Assembly (NCBI GenBank): GCA_963803145.1
Contig: CAWDLW010000010.1
Span: 1 to 38,402 of the forward strand
DNA from: Methanotrichaceae archaeon
Lineage (GTDB): Archaea > Halobacteriota > Methanosarcinia > Methanotrichales > Methanotrichaceae
Direction: 5' to 3'
Length of the DNA stretch: 38,402 nucleotides
Under the pieces are notes generated by a model. That model ran no database searches. It was not told the DNA's origin and saw nothing but the letters and a program-made list of their open reading frames with translations. The translations under genes and the position numbers were made by a program. Shown here piece by piece: positions 38,387 through 38,402 of this stretch (its first letter is position 1; every line of letters begins with the position of its first letter).

Positions 38387-38402
38387 ATGAAAAAACCCAT
38401 TG
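38387..38402 (+). CDS. Start of a fifth substrate-binding protein (partial)
   Basis: ATGAAAAAACCCATTG is identical to the start of SBP4, with the same upstream junction. Confidence 0.7.

Noticed and set aside
33135-38402. Diversity-generating retroelement acting on the SBP array
   Set aside because: No reverse transcriptase and no adenine-specific template/variable repeat pair seen.

Overview
Archaeal chromosomal window, most consistent with a methanogen of the Methanotrichaceae/Methanosarcinales. This rests on a class I LysRS, a Taw2-like wyosine enzyme, an A1-U72 tRNA-Gln and TATA-type promoters; taxonomy is inferred from gene content only. 1-12.3 kb is mostly housekeeping: lysA, an RHH/PIN toxin-antitoxin pair, dCMP deaminase, lysS operon to pyrE, two surface proteins, taw2, tRNA-Gln(CTG), an Acg-like flavoprotein and a DUF362 ferredoxin-domain protein. 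12.4-19.5 kb is a co-oriented sulfur-mobilisation run: cysK, cysE::DUF59 fusion, ThiN, PurM/HypE-like, HTH, Fe-S-type LarE, SufS and FdhD, with the sufS amber stop directly abutting the fdhD ATG in frame. 19.6-21.2 kb holds intact and broken toxin-antitoxin modules, followed by an uncharacterised Cys-rich two-gene locus. The 3' end of that locus is duplicated (92 bp, 4 mismatches) around a 6.3-kb AT-rich integrase-less islet carrying one ~1950-aa membrane-anchored TPR protein. Then come unannotated basic micro-ORFs, a zincin, two wHTH paralogs, a VOC protein and a tandem array of at least 5 NitT/TauT-type substrate-binding protein genes, one interrupted by a complete IS630 element. All family calls are from motif recognition by eye; no database searches were run.
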